64,000 bases of DNA, taken from contig CBDBCZ010000018.1 of assembly GCA_965203295.1 (NCBI GenBank), forward strand, positions 128,001-192,000, given 5' to 3'. Shown here piece after piece: positions 1 through 11,631 of the stretch. This DNA comes from Nitrospirales bacterium (lineage in GTDB: Bacteria; Nitrospirota; Nitrospiria; Nitrospirales; UBA8639). Made by a program: the position numbers and the translations under genes. Under the pieces are notes generated by a model, which did no database searches, was not told the DNA's origin, and saw nothing but the letters and a program-made list of their open reading frames with translations. Numbering within the stretch: position 1 is the first letter of the stretch; each line of letters begins with the position of its first letter.

Positions 1-1
1 C

Positions 2-3000
2 TTGTGCCAGAAGCCGGGCCATCTTACACGTGAGTGTCGGGCAAGGCCCACAGAGCGTGGTGGGCAGAGCAACCTCAAGGAGACACCCGTTGTCACCAAG
101 AAAGTGACCGCCAATCCGCAGGCTGCGGAGCAGGGACACTTTGAGTCGCTCCAAGAGTGCCTGTACTCTTCGGACGAGGACACCGCTACCGCCGCAGTGA
201 GTATGGTCCGAGTGGCTGACAAGGGGAGTAAGTCGCAGTGTGTCCAGGTCCAAGTGCAGGAAGTCCTCGCCTACGGTGTCCTGGACAGTGGTGCGGATAT
301 CACCATTATGGGTGGAGCACTCTTCCGGAAAGTAGCCACTGTCGCCCGATTGAAGAAGAGGGACCTAAAGAGGCCAGACAAAACTCCCCGGAACTACGAC
401 CAGACCCCCTTCACCTTAAATGGTCGAATAGACCTGGACATCACTTTTGAAGACCGCACCATGTGTACCCCAGTATACATCAAGACCGATGCTCATGAAC
501 ATCTTCTATCAGAAGGCGTCTGTCGGCAGCTTGGCATCCTGCAGTATCACTCTAGCGTCGAACCCTGGAGAGGAGTGAGGAAGCGGAGCCAGACCCAGGC
601 CCGCACGTCGGGTCGCAGTCATCCGGAGAAGAATACCCATGATGTTTCTAAGGAGACTACCCCTACCGACGATCGACATCAGCCAGCTGAGCAGGCCGTA
701 GAAGTGCCCACAGTCAGGGTCAATCTAGTACAGTCCCTGAACCTGCTCCCTCACCAGGGCGCCACTGTTAGTGTCAGTCTAGGACCTGGCAGTAGGCTAC
801 CAGAGTCAGAGCCAGTTCTGCTGGAGCCTGTGAGTCTTTCGTACACGTAGACGACTCGGTCCTCCAGTTCGATAGAGGACTCGCGCAAGTTGCCATCTTC
901 AATTCCACCGGCTGCTCATGTTCAGTGGAGGCGGGCATGGAGCTGGGTGAAGCGTCTGTGGTCACCCTCATTCCACCAGATTCGTTCCCAACAGAGGAAG
1001 CAAGGGATCCAAGCAGTGAAGACAGCACATTAGCAGTCGTCAACCGGGTCACAGAGTCGGAGGTAACACAGAGAAAGCAGATGCTCTGCGAGCTAGTCGG
1101 CACGCCAGAACTTTTGACACCCACGCAGACGGAGGAGCTGCATCAGTTCTTGGGAGAGCAGCATGAAGCGTTTTGTCTTGAACGCAAGGAGCGAGGGGAA
1201 ACAGATATTCTCACCATGGAGATTGACACCGGTGACGCTCGGCCGAAGAAGCAGCCAGCACGCAGGATGCCCTTTGCTGTACGATCCGAAGTCGCCAAGC
1301 AACTGCAGAGTATGCAGGAGGCAGAGGTGATACAGCCGTCCAATAGCCCCTGGGCTAGTCCAGTAGTGATGGTTCGAAAACGAGACGGGACACACAGGTT
1401 CTGTGTGGATTATCGAGAGCTCAATTCAGTCACCAAGGCAGATACTTTCCCGCTGCCTCGAATCGATGACCTTCTCAATCAACTGGGAGCTGCACGCTAC
1501 TTCAGCACTCTAGACCTCGCGTCGGGGTATTGGCAGATACGTATGCCCCCTGACTCTGTTGAGAAGACCGCATTTACCACCCCACACGGACTACACGAGT
1601 TTCGGGTGATGCCTTTCGGCCTGACCAATGCGCCTGGCGTGTTCCAGCGTCTCATGGAGAAGGTTCTGGCCGGTCTGAACCCCCCAGATGGATCTGCCTT
1701 CGTAGTCGTGTATATCGACAACGTTCTTGTGTTTTCCCGCAGCCTTGAGGAGCACTTGGAGCACCTGCGTCGAGTGATCCTGCGCATCTGTGAGGCTGGA
1801 CTGAAGCTGAAGCCCAGCAAGTGCCACTTCATCCGTGAGGAGGTGGAGTACCTTGGGCATCTGATAACCCCACAAGGGCTGAAGACTAATGCCAGACTCA
1901 CAGCTGCTGTTGCCGAGTTCCCACGCCCGCAGAACGTATCGGAAGTGCAGAGATTCTTGGGGCTTAGTTCCTACTATCGCCGGTTTGTGTCCAACTTTGC
2001 CCGAGTTGCAAGTCCATTGCACGCATTGACACGGAAAGGAGCCGAGTTCGAGTGGACTAACGAATGTGAGGTGTCGTTTCAGGCTCTGAAGGAAAAGCTG
2101 ACATCTGCCCCAGTTCTCGCATACCCCTCCTTTGAGAGATCCTTCGTCCTCGAAACAGATGCAAGCATCGCAGGGATTGGAGCCGTGCTGTCCCAGCCAC
2201 AAGACGATGGTCTTTCTGCATCCCGTCGCATTTGCCAGTCGATCGCTAACCCCATCAGAGCGAAATTATGCGATCACTGAGCTCGAGACCCTTGCTGTTG
2301 TGTGGGCCATAACCCATTTCATCCCCTACCTGTACGGCCACGAGGTTACGGTCTTTACAGACCACACAGCAGTCAAGGCCGTCCTCGAGACCCCGAACCC
2401 CTCTGGCAAGCATGCCAGATGGTGGACACGAGTGTACGGGAGTGGAGTCAAGAGTGTAACCATTCGGTATCGGCCTGGACGACAGAACAGTAGTGCCGAT
2501 GCCCTCTCACGGAGCCCACAGGCCCCTTCTCCAGCAGCCGGAGTTGGACAAGCTGAGTTCCAGGTTGCGGCAGTGAGCACCGAGGCTGCCGACCCTGTTC
2601 TGGATATTCAGACACTCTTGAATGCAGAACCTGCATGTCCAGTGCTTGACAGTTTTGCAGTGGAGCAGCGGAAAGATTCTGACCTACAAGAGGTCATCGC
2701 CTTCTTAGAGAAAGAAGAACTCCCTTACGAACAGAAGAGAGCCAGGAAGATCGCCCTGCAAGCCCCCATGTTCACCATTGAAGACCGGATCCTGTTTTAT
2801 GTCGATCCCAAACACCAGCACCAGAAGAGAGTGGTGGTCCCCAGTCATCTGCAGGAGCAGATCCTCAGAGAGAACCATTCGAGTGGAATGGGCGGACACT
2901 TTTCTGGACGAAGGACCTATGGTGCGTTAGTACGTCGGTGGTGGTGGGATGGGATGCATGCTGATGCGTTACGATTTGCACGCAATTGTCCTGCCTGTGC

Positions 3001-4269
3001 CATTGTGTCGGGGGCCGGGAAGCTACAACGCCCTCCTTTGCACCCCATCCCAGTGCAACGCCCTTTCCAGATTGTGGGGGTGGACTTAATGGATTTGCCA
3101 AAGACCCTGGAGGGTAACTGCCATGTGCTAGTCTTCCAAGACTATCTTACGAAGTGGCCGCTCGTCTATGCAATCCCAGATCAGAAGTCCATCCGGATTG
3201 CACGAGCTCTTGTAGAAGAGGTAGTACCATTCTTTGGGGTCCCGGAGGCCTTGTTGTCTGACCGAGGAGCTAACCTGCTCTCTCATCTGATGAAGGATGT
3301 CTGAGATCTTTTGGGCATCAAGAAGCTCAACAGAGGTTTAATCGTACCCTGAAAACGATGCTACGGAAACAAGCAGCCACATTTGGCTCCCAGTGGGACC
3401 GTTACCTGCCTGGTGTTCTCTGGGCATACCGGAATACTCCTCACGAGGCCACCGGAGAGAAGCCATCGTTCCTCCTGTTCGGAGTCGATTGCCGCAGTCC
3501 AACTGAAGCCGCATTGCTGCCACCCAGTCCCATTGAGCCTACGACTGTGTCGAATTATCGTGAACAGGTCATTCTGTCACTGTCTACTGCCCGAGAGCTC
3601 GCTGCCAAATCAATCCTGAAGGCGCAGAAGAAATACAAAGCTCGCTACGACAAGAAAGCCGCTACTACGCACCTGAAGGTCGGGGACTGGGTGCTAATAA
3701 GATTCCCTCAGGAGGAAGTTGGGAAACAGCGTAAGCTTTCACGCCCTTGGCATGGTCCCTACCGGATAGTCTCCAGGACTGATCCCGACGTGACAGCCGT
3801 CCGCGTATACTCGCCTCAAGACAAGACCATACGAGTACATCTGTCGAGAGTTACTCCGTGTCCCAGTGAGTTCCCTCCAGGGTATTACTGGTATGGCTCT
3901 AAAAGACACTCTCCTGGACGCCCGCCAAAGTGGGTACAGCAACTACTAGCTGGAGATGGTGATGAGCCCGATGTCAATGAGCCCCCCCATGCTGAGACTG
4001 GTGGGACCACTGCGGAAGATTCTTCAGACACTGAAGACCGTGAGGATGAAGGCTGTGAGCAAGTTGTGCCCTCTGATGTCGAGGTTGAATCCGAAAACGA
4101 AAGGGATCCCAAGATGGAAGTCGTGACTGATACCCTTAGGCCAGCCCATCCTGGTGGCTCACACCGCTACTCACTTCGAAGACGAGTTGCTGCACCGGAA
4201 CGATTGATGCTCATCGAGACACACTCGAGGTCGAGCTTTCCTGAAGGGGAGGGTGATGTTGCGGACTGA
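2..4269 (+). pseudogene. Gypsy gag-pol polyprotein, disrupted
   Basis: RT motifs SPWASPVVMV, RFCVDYRELN, LDLASGYWQI, MPFGLTNAP. YIDD reads YIDN (1711-1722). RNase H TDAS and NYAITELE. Integrase HHCC, GVDLMD, SDRGANL, WHGPY. Frame breaks near 850 and 2215, stop at 3302, and a deletion near 3331 (KKLN joined to RFNRTL) removing the TTAYHPQ...E segment. Confidence 0.93.
4243..4256 (+). promoter_or_regulatory. Polypurine tract of the Gypsy element
   Basis: GAAGGGGAGGGTGA directly before the TG that opens the LTR. Confidence 0.8.
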
Positions 4270-4412
4270 GACTTGAACTTTGAACTGTATTATTATTCAT
4301 ACACTCACACATGTGAGCTAGGTAGTAGTCATTGCATTGTCTTTTGTTTCTTTGTTCTATTTATACGTGTGCTGTATTTCTAATTGAGTTGGTTTTGATG
4401 GGAGCCGTAACA
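4257..4412 (+). repeat. 3' LTR (~156 bp)
   Basis: Starts TGTTGCGG after the PPT and ends CCGTAACA, an imperfect 8 bp terminal inverted repeat with TG...CA ends. Confidence 0.8.
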
Positions 4413-4530
4413 TACAGCCACTGAAGGCAGGCACACTGCAGCAACAGCTACAGCAATATCGTGCTCAGACCAAGATTGTGATGCTGTGGCCACAACAATG
4501 TCTCACTCTCGGCAGACTCAGATGGCATAT

Positions 4531-4740
4531 TACGGCAGACTAGTACAGGCTGGGGCCACGTGCAGCAGACTAGTGCGGGATGGGGCCTCGTGCAGCAGAC
4601 TAGTGCGGGCTGGGGCCTCGTGCAGCAGACTAGTGCGGGCTGGGGCCTCATGCAGCAGACTAGTGCGGGCTGGGGCCTCGTGCAGCAGACTAGTGTGGGC
4701 TGGGGCCTCATGCAACAGACTAGTGCGGGCTGGGGCCTCA
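4531..4740. repeat. 30 bp GC-rich minisatellite, 7 copies, with degenerate continuation to ~4980
   Basis: Unit TGCAGCAGACTAGTGCGGGCTGGGGCCTCR at 4531, 4561, 4591, 4621, 4651, 4681 and 4711. Confidence 0.95.
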
Positions 4741-5340
4741 TGCGGGCTGGGACCTCCAGCCCTGGCTGGGCCTGACGCAGCAAGCACGCTTCCGGCTGCT
4801 GGCTTGGTGTCATGCGGCTGGCTGGCCCTCCTGTGGCGGGTAGGGCCCGTGCTTCCCGCTGGAATTCATGCGGCCGTCTGGGCGTCATGCTGCTGGCTGG
4901 CCCTTGCCGGGCTTCCTGCAACTGGCTAGGCTCGATGCGGCTCGGGCAGTTAGCTGGCTCTCATGCTGTTGGCAGGCAGAGGCACGAAAGCGGCTGCTGC
5001 CCTAGTGTATGGTGAAGCCGACAGACAGTTTTGACTGTCCCATCTTAATATTGGCAAGCTCGGCGAGGTAACATGCGGCTGTGTGTACCCGGGTCGAGTA
5101 AATGGCGGCGGCGTGCAACTCTCACCTGGCCCTTGTGGCTGCGTAGCTTCCCCGAGTGGGGTAGGATGCGACGAAGAATCCATCTTGAACGGGCTCGCTT
5201 GCCAAGAGTAACTTTCGGTTTGATAATGAAGAGGAACACCACCCCAGACCCAGCAACCCTGGAGGCCCCCAATGAGCCAGGCCTACCCACCACAAGCCAC
5301 AGGCCCCTACAGGGCACCGCAGGGCTTCTCTGACAAAACC

Positions 5341-5460
5341 CTGTGCGGTCTCTTCAACTCAACAGAGGGAAAAATATGCCACTTATGGCGAAGCTTGCAA
5401 GTTCGATCATCGCTGCCGCCTCTGTGGGGGCCCGTATCCCGCTTCCTCCTGCTACCAGCC
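5341..5460 (+). pseudogene. Cys/His zinc-finger remnant resembling the C-terminus of DIRS/Ngaro gag-like ORF1
   Basis: With one frameshift it reads CGLFNSTEGKIC-YGEACKFDHRCRLCGGPYPASSC. An upstream ADRQF*L (~5017-5037) resembles the YDxxFR motif. Confidence 0.45.
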
Positions 5461-5651
5461 CCAATGTCAAAGGGGGGCCCTTCGTGGGAAAAGGCTGGCC
5501 GGGGCCACCAAAAGGAAGAAAATACTAGTAGCTATGTACGAGTAATAGCCAGGACAAAAAAGAAACAGTCTAGGCGTTATATCACGGCAGTATGTTAATT
5601 GAGTTGTATTCATGGGACATTGTGTTGATCAAAACTAACGACAACAACCAA

Positions 5652-5879
5652 AAAGGGTTTGATATACTGCAGGATCTGTGTCGTGGTCAACCAGCAGCGC
5701 ATGCCACAAGGCAAAGAGTGCCTTACACTGCAGATAAAGTGGAAACTATTGAATTGTACTTTGAAGGGCACATTGCTTCTGGTGACGTACCGCACGCTCA
5801 TGAGTGCCAAGAGTTTTTGAGGGATCATCCCATGGACAGAGACCACAAACAGATACGAGACAAAGTGACATGTCGCTAA
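5652..5879 (+). pseudogene. C-terminal tail fragment of the tyrosine-recombinase family (YR-1)
   Basis: KGFDILQDL...RVPYTADKVETIELYFEGHIASGDVPHAHECQEFLRDHPMDRDHKQIRDKV aligns by eye with the tail of the YR ORF at 20027-20338. Confidence 0.75.
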
Positions 5880-6417
5880 AGACTGAAGTGTGACTGAACT
5901 GTACCGAGTGACCTACTGTTTGTTACCCTATGCTTGAACTGCTGCTTATTATTTCAATTGATTCCTGCATTGTCATCCAAACATCTTAGCTGTTTATATC
6001 CATCAGCAACAATTGTACTACATTCATCCACCCTACACTCTCAATTCTTAGTAAAAAAATAGCAATACCTAACACTAACACTAAATATGACATGGGTCAG
6101 TTTCCTACTTCTGTACATTCCGAGCTTTCTCCATTCATTTCCATCCATATAACATCAGTGTCTTCTATACCAGAAGTGATTGAATGGAATTTCTTCACCA
6201 GTGAATGCATGCATTCAGTGAGGAGAGGTATATTATAAGTTTCAACCAGGTTAACATTATCAATTAATTCAAAAACATCAGAAGTACAGGCAAAGGTAGC
6301 TGCAAAGGTAGCTGAAAAGGAGAGGCAGCATCCACGGGCTGCTGTAGTGGAGTCACAGGGACGCCAATCCCACCATTTAGGAAGTTTGACAACGATCACA
6401 AGGAACTGCAGAAATTC

Positions 6418-7137
6418 CAGCACAAGACAGCCAGACAGGGTCCTGCAAGTATTACTCTGACAGCGCAGGACCACTACCTTTTGAACAAGTACGTGCAGCA
6501 CATTCAGCCACTCTGTAACCCCAGCTCTGAGCACCTGTTCGTGAGTGAGAAAGGTCACCCCATTGTAAAGCTCAATGATACCATTCAATGGCTTGGCGGT
6601 AAATATGGGGTGGCCACACCAACATGCACACGGCTGAGGAAGACTGGGGCCACGGAGGCAGCACTTCAGTGTGACGAGCCCACACGCCACCTGATATGTC
6701 CACATGTCTCACTCACAGGTGGTGCACGACCACCACTATGAGCAAATACGTGGCGGTAAAGAGGTCCTGAGGCTCATGCTATCCGCCAAAAGCTTGCTAA
6801 GGTCGCTGAAAGCTCAAGCAGCATCACTAGTTATTCTGACGGTGACCAGGAACAATTAAAGCCACCTAAGAAACCAAAATTACAACAGAAACCAAAATCG
6901 TTAAAGAAGTCAAAGCTTCCAAAAAAGCAAATGTCTCCAAAGAAAAAGCAAACACGCACTGCTTATACGGATGAGGAGGTGAGGGTGCTGAAGTGCTTTT
7001 TTAGAGAAAACATTCAGACCGGAAGGCCAGCTCGACCACAGGATGCAAGAGCCTTCCTGCAGTAGCATCCAATGCCCCGTACATACAAACAGGTGCAGGA
7101 CAAAGTCCGCCAGCTCCTAAAAAAAACTTCCCCTTAA
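6418..7137 (+). pseudogene. Tyrosine recombinase pseudogene, 5'-truncated (YR-2)
   Basis: QHKTARQGPASITL...TPTCTRLRKTGAT...MSHSQVVHDHHYEQ, then tail RTAYTDEEVRVLKCFFRENI...F LQ*HPMPRTYKQVQDKVRQLL. Frameshifts and an internal stop. Confidence 0.8.
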
Positions 7138-7406
7138 CTTATCTATACGACTTAAATATTTACTTATTTATACTACACTGACTTATGTAAGTTGAGTTCC
7201 AAGTTACTTTGGAGCAGAGCTTAGATTGTAGCCATGCTGATTCACTATTCGATGCACTGTAAAACAAATACAAGGTTTGAAGTTTGTTCGAAGGCAAGTA
7301 GGCATATCAGTATTCTGCATTTTTAGCTCATTCCAGTCCAAAGGGCACCAGGAGGGATACTAATTCTACAAAGGACAACAAGGAACACCAGGGCATCAAT
7401 ACTATA

Positions 7407-7436
7407 TAACCTAACCCAAACCTAACCCTAACCCTG
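7407..7436 (+). repeat. Degenerate telomere-like (TAACCC)n tract
   Basis: TAACCTAACCCAAACCTAACCCTAACCCTG. Confidence 0.8.
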
Positions 7437-7695
7437 ACCTGCCAAAGTACCAAAGTTGTATACCTTATTCAATGTCGGCAATGCACGAAGCAATATGTAG
7501 GACAAACAACAAAGCCCCTACACATCCGACTCAACCAACATCTGCATAATATCCGAGGACAAAAGTCCTCCAGAAGCAAACTCTGGTGGCATTTTAAAAA
7601 GGATCACTCAATTGAGGACCTCCAGATTATTCCGCTCCAGCAAGTAGATGAGCTACTCTCACTACTTGCAGCGGAACTAAAAGTGCAACAGGTAT
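7437..7695 (+). pseudogene. GIY-YIG endonuclease fragment of a Penelope-like element (not in the ORF track)
   Basis: Manual translation TCQSTKVVYLIQCRQCTKQYVGQTTKPLHIRLNQHLHNIR...HF. This is the VY-IxCxxC-YVGxT-R-H signature of PLE endonucleases. Confidence 0.85.
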
Positions 7696-7698
7696 ATA

Positions 7699-8390
7699 GG
7701 CCCACTTCGAGTAGTAGTCCGTTACAGTCAAAATAAACTCGCTCCCCCTCGGAGTCTCCTTTAGTGGACCAATGAGGTCAATTCCTAGTTGATGCCAAAC
7801 CTGAATGTGGACCACAGAATAGGTGATGAATAACCTAAGTCAATGCAGCGTAATATATAGTCCCATGTACACATACCTTGGGCACAACTGGGATTGGGTG
7901 AAGTGTCCCCGCTGCTTTAGGTTAGGCTTACTCCGTTGGCACCTGTCACATTTCCTGACATACTCTTGGATATCCTCGTACATTCCAGGCCAGTAATATT
8001 TGGGAGCTATTGCACTGTTGAGTCTAGTAATTCCTACAGAAAAGTTGCATGCTCAGTTGATACATATCTTAGAGTTAGCTTCTTCTGTGCTAACGCTTAC
8101 TTAAAAGAAGTGAAATTCCTTAGCACACACTTACCCAGGTGTCCATCTTCATGAATTGTCTGAATGATTCTTCTTTTCTCTTTGGACTCCACAACTAGGC
8201 GTAGAGCGGCCTGCTCATTTGTCTGGTTCTCTGGTTTCTTTTTTCCTTCCTGATTGCCGATGTAGTACAAACGCTCTGTGTTAACAACAAAATTCTTCGC
8301 CTTCCACCTTAGGCTCCGTCTGTAGTTGTCATCTGCACCTATGGGATATTCTCCCTTGGAGATATACTCGAAAACCTCCTTGAACTAAAT
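7699..8390 (-). pseudogene. Intron-containing integrase/transposase, exons ~8390-8135, 8033-7877, 7800-7699
   Basis: FEYISKGEYP...RRSLRWKAKNF...IHEDGHLG|ITRLNSAIAPKYYWPGMYEDIQEYVRKCDRCQR...LHPIPVVPK|VWHQLGIDLIGPLKETPRG...VTDYYSKWA. GT-AG introns at 8134-8034 and 7876-7801; one frameshift; truncated after the first catalytic Asp. Confidence 0.85.
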
Positions 8391-8679
8391 TTCTCTTCAC
8401 CATCTTCCCACTAGTCACAGTGCAGCCCTTTCCTCCTCCTTTTGTTGGTTGGAAATGTTGTCAGACACAAAAAACAGTTCAGAACCATCTGATTCAGTGG
8501 CTGCAGTAGTAACGTTGTTGGGGCAACCCACCTCGACAAGTGCAGTACGAATCTCGGAGCTTTTTCAAATTAAGTTTTAATAGTAGTCTTTCGAATATGT
8601 ATTAATAGTAGTCTCTTTGTGAACTGTATTCAACATCAAGTACAAACACAGCCTTTTTATACTTACAACCAAATGATTT

Positions 8680-9035
8680 AAGCATTAATAATAATTGCAC
8701 GACATCCTTAGAGTAATGTAGCAGGAAAACAGAACTGTAAATATTAACTATACCGCAGAAATAAATGACCGAAGTGGCAATTACTGATAAATCCACTGGA
8801 AATCCTTTTTATATATAAATGATCTAAGCAGTAATAATAATTAATACTGCACAACATCCTTAGGGTAATGTACCAGGAAAACCAAACTGTAAATATTAAC
8901 TATACCGCCAAAAGAAATGACCTAAGTGGCAAATACTGATAAATCCACTGGAAATCCTTTTTATTTCTAAACAATCTAAGCAGTAATAATAATTGCACAA
9001 CATCCTCAGGGAAAAGTAGCAGGACAACCAAATGC
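8680..9035. repeat. ~150 bp AT-rich tandem repeat, about 2.3 copies, inside the Ginger 5' region
   Basis: TGCACRACATCC recurs at ~8696, ~8849 and ~8994 with shared flanks such as ACTGATAAATCCACTGGAAATCC. Confidence 0.85.
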
Positions 9036-9429
9036 TGGCATAATATGCTGATGCCTACTCACGTTAGTGCAGAGATAGAATATAGTATCTCTGGTTAGTG
9101 TGCGGGTATTGTTTCGCGAGACCCACTTCGCGGACGTGTTTCAATATCGGGGGATGTGTTTCGATATCATATTCCGTCCCCAGGGGACATTTTCCCGGGG
9201 GGACGTAATTCGATATGACACCGTGCTACCCTACGTAACTGCACGGTTAATGGATTTTTGCCAATGGCACTGTAAGCAACGTGATGACGTCAATACATCC
9301 GCTACCGAGGCGACGTTAGCTACGTGTATGCCGGATGGCCCGCGTCCCCGACTACGCCGAAAAGTGCAAGACGGAGAACACTATTGGACTATATCAACCA
9401 ATAATATTTCAGTGCCCCTGACTCCATGA

Positions 9430-11151
9430 ATCTTTTTCAACTTATAAACACCTGAAGAAGGCTTATGCTTTCTATAGAAGGCAGCCGAAACCGGTCGTGT
9501 TTTGTGAAAAGTGTTGAAGTGCATTGAGTTTTGAAGTATTTGAAAGAACTATTGAACATTTGACCGTAAGTGTCACTGTCACTGCATGTCTAGTTTACTG
9601 CATGCAAAACAAGTAATAATGTCTAGAACAAATGCTACTTGGGAAACCAAGTTAGCTAACCTAGGCTTCCAGGACCCCGCTGCCATAACAGCTAGGGTCC
9701 GAGCTAATGCTAAAGCAAATGCTGCAACTCGGTCTTCAAAGACCAACCCCTCAACCACCAAAGTGGTAAAGAGCACAGCTAAAGCTGCAATTGCCCACAG
9801 CAGCTCCAGACCTGTGGACAAGAAAAAAGAGAAAAACCCCTTAAAGGGTAAAGGCAAAAAATCAGCCACCACCTCATTTAGAAAACATACAGTGTCTACA
9901 AGATAACAAGTGGAGTCTCAGTTAACCCACACAAGTGACAAATCACTCTCCCCCACGACCACCGAGTCGACAAACATAAGTAATCACTTTCCACCACAAC
10001 TACTGAGATAGGTGCATCTAACCCCACCCCCAAAACATCAACCCCCGTAAAGGGAACCACCAACCCATTGCCCCTTCCACAAAGAAGCAATAAACCCCAC
10101 AAGGGTATACCCAACCCTAACCCTAATCCCTCCCTCCCCTCCCTTAATAGGAGGACGATGGATCCGGCCATGGAAATGGACGAAGTACTCCTCGGCCTGG
10201 CCCACCCCACCACCGAGCAGGAGGATCCCCTCCCACCCTCGGAACACCAAACACGCCCAGCCCCTCCCAACATGGACGGGAATGAGCCTGGTACATCCAC
10301 GTCGAGAGTAACTACTCCCAGTATCCATTATTCCATCCTACTCTCCGAGGGAGCAGAATCCCCAGAGCCTGCAACTACAAACAAGGCATCTGATGACCTC
10401 CAAAAGGCCAAACATATCATTGCTGAGGGCACAAGCTGCCTCAAGCAGTCACTAATCATAATGACCAAGGCAGACCACCATCGTGGCAATATGAAGACTG
10501 CTGCCACAACAGGGGCGTGCCCAAAAGGCATGCAGACTAATGTCCCCCTGATGGCTTATGCAGCCGATGCGGCCCTAAAAAAGGAGTGGGATAACACCCT
10601 ATCCAAGTGTTCCCAGAAACTCCTTGCCCTCCTCATTAATCACTATGAGGGAATGGTAAGATCGGAGATTAGAACCCAGAAGGACATCCAGGCCCAAATT
10701 CAGCTGGCAATAAACAATGCCAACCTCCCCCCCACCGACACGGAATACCTGCGCCGCCTGTGGAGGGAAGAAATAGATGCGGCGGTGAAAGAAGCCAGCC
10801 AATTCACTACAAACAAACAAGGTCCCAAACAGGACACTCGAAAACGGCAACGAAGCCCCCCACCGAACTTCGAAGCCGCAAGATTGAGGGATGAACTTTA
10901 AAAACTGAAATCTACCATTAATGCCCTCCAGAATCCTAACAAGGATTTTCACCGCCCTGCAATCCTCAGGGGAAGAGGTCGCGGGCGCGGACGACCACGA
11001 CGAGAAGAGCCCGGAGACCCTCCCCCAAGGAGAGGGCGCTCTCAAGGCTATAGCTACACCACGCCTTACGGCGGAAGAAAGCAAAACTAAACAAGAGACT
11101 CACAAAGTCGAACATCAGTAGTCCTAGTATCTATGACAATATAGTCAACTT
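9430..11151 (+). mobile_element. Penelope-like element, 5' part (copy 1), broken ORF
   Basis: Hammerhead, then basic/Pro-rich ORF pieces (9586-9906, 10068-10901) with a PLE N-terminal-like motif HHRGNMK...CPKGM...KEWDNTLSKCSQKLLALLINHY. Ends at NIVNL. 10144-11151 is repeated from 15018, where it continues into an RT. Left boundary approximate. Confidence 0.75.
9446..9502 (+). ncRNA. Minimal type I hammerhead ribozyme at the PLE 5' end
   Basis: Stem I AAACAC(9446-51)/GTGTTT(9497-9502). Core CTGAAGA 9452-58. Stem II GGCT/AGCC. GAAA 9487-90, palindromic ACCGGT stem III and GTC triplet. Predicted cleavage after C9496. Confidence 0.88.
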
Positions 11152-11631
11152 GTGATCACATAAATACTATCTTGGAATATCATGAGGTTGTTGTTACTGA
11201 AGCAATGAATAATTAATGAGATTTCCTCCTGGTATTGGGCATCTGCCTAAAACCTAATAGCACCCTTACTGTGGAATATAGGGTTTTTCTAAAGAAATTA
11301 TATAATAGTCATGTTTAAGTCCTGGTCCTGAACCACTCTGATATACGAATTATTAATAATGGAAGACCACAGGTAACCTTGATTTCTCTAGAAATAAATT
11401 GTGAAATTGTGTTGAATGCCTTAGTGTTTACAGTCCATAAATATTTCTAATAACAGTTTTTGGAGGTTAGGGTCCTCAAGCAAAGTCTAGTAAACTAACA
11501 TACCAAAACTGATGTGAAGAACATGTCTCAAAATGGTCTTATGTTGTCAGAACAAGTATGAACTTGCATTTTCAGAAAACATCAATGTAAATAAAAAACA
11601 ACAAAGGATGCATGGGCGACACCAAAATAAG

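Larger units (their letters stand above)
1..4412 (+). mobile_element. Ty3/Gypsy LTR retrotransposon, 3' portion (5' LTR and most of gag lie outside the window), decayed
   Basis: Domain order is zinc knuckle (CQKPGHLTREC), protease (VLDSGADITIMG), RT, RNase H, integrase, PPT, LTR. RT-RH-IN order is diagnostic of Ty3/Gypsy. Confidence 0.95.
7697..9220 (-). mobile_element. Ginger-type DNA transposon (Gypsy-integrase-like), 5' part only
   Basis: Spliced integrase with no RT. Candidate terminus TGTCATATCGAA on the minus strand at 9220, flanked by CCGT. Ginger elements have TGT ends and 4 bp TSDs. Confidence 0.7.

Noticed and set aside
774..4112. Alternative-frame and antisense ORFs over the Gypsy pol
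   Set aside because: Shadows of a GC-rich coding region with no motifs of their own.
10390..10425. Hammerhead-like CTGATGACCTCCAAAAGGCCAAAC (also at ~15264)
   Set aside because: CAAA replaces the essential GAAA, there is no stem I/III, and it lies in the coding frame SDDLQKAK.
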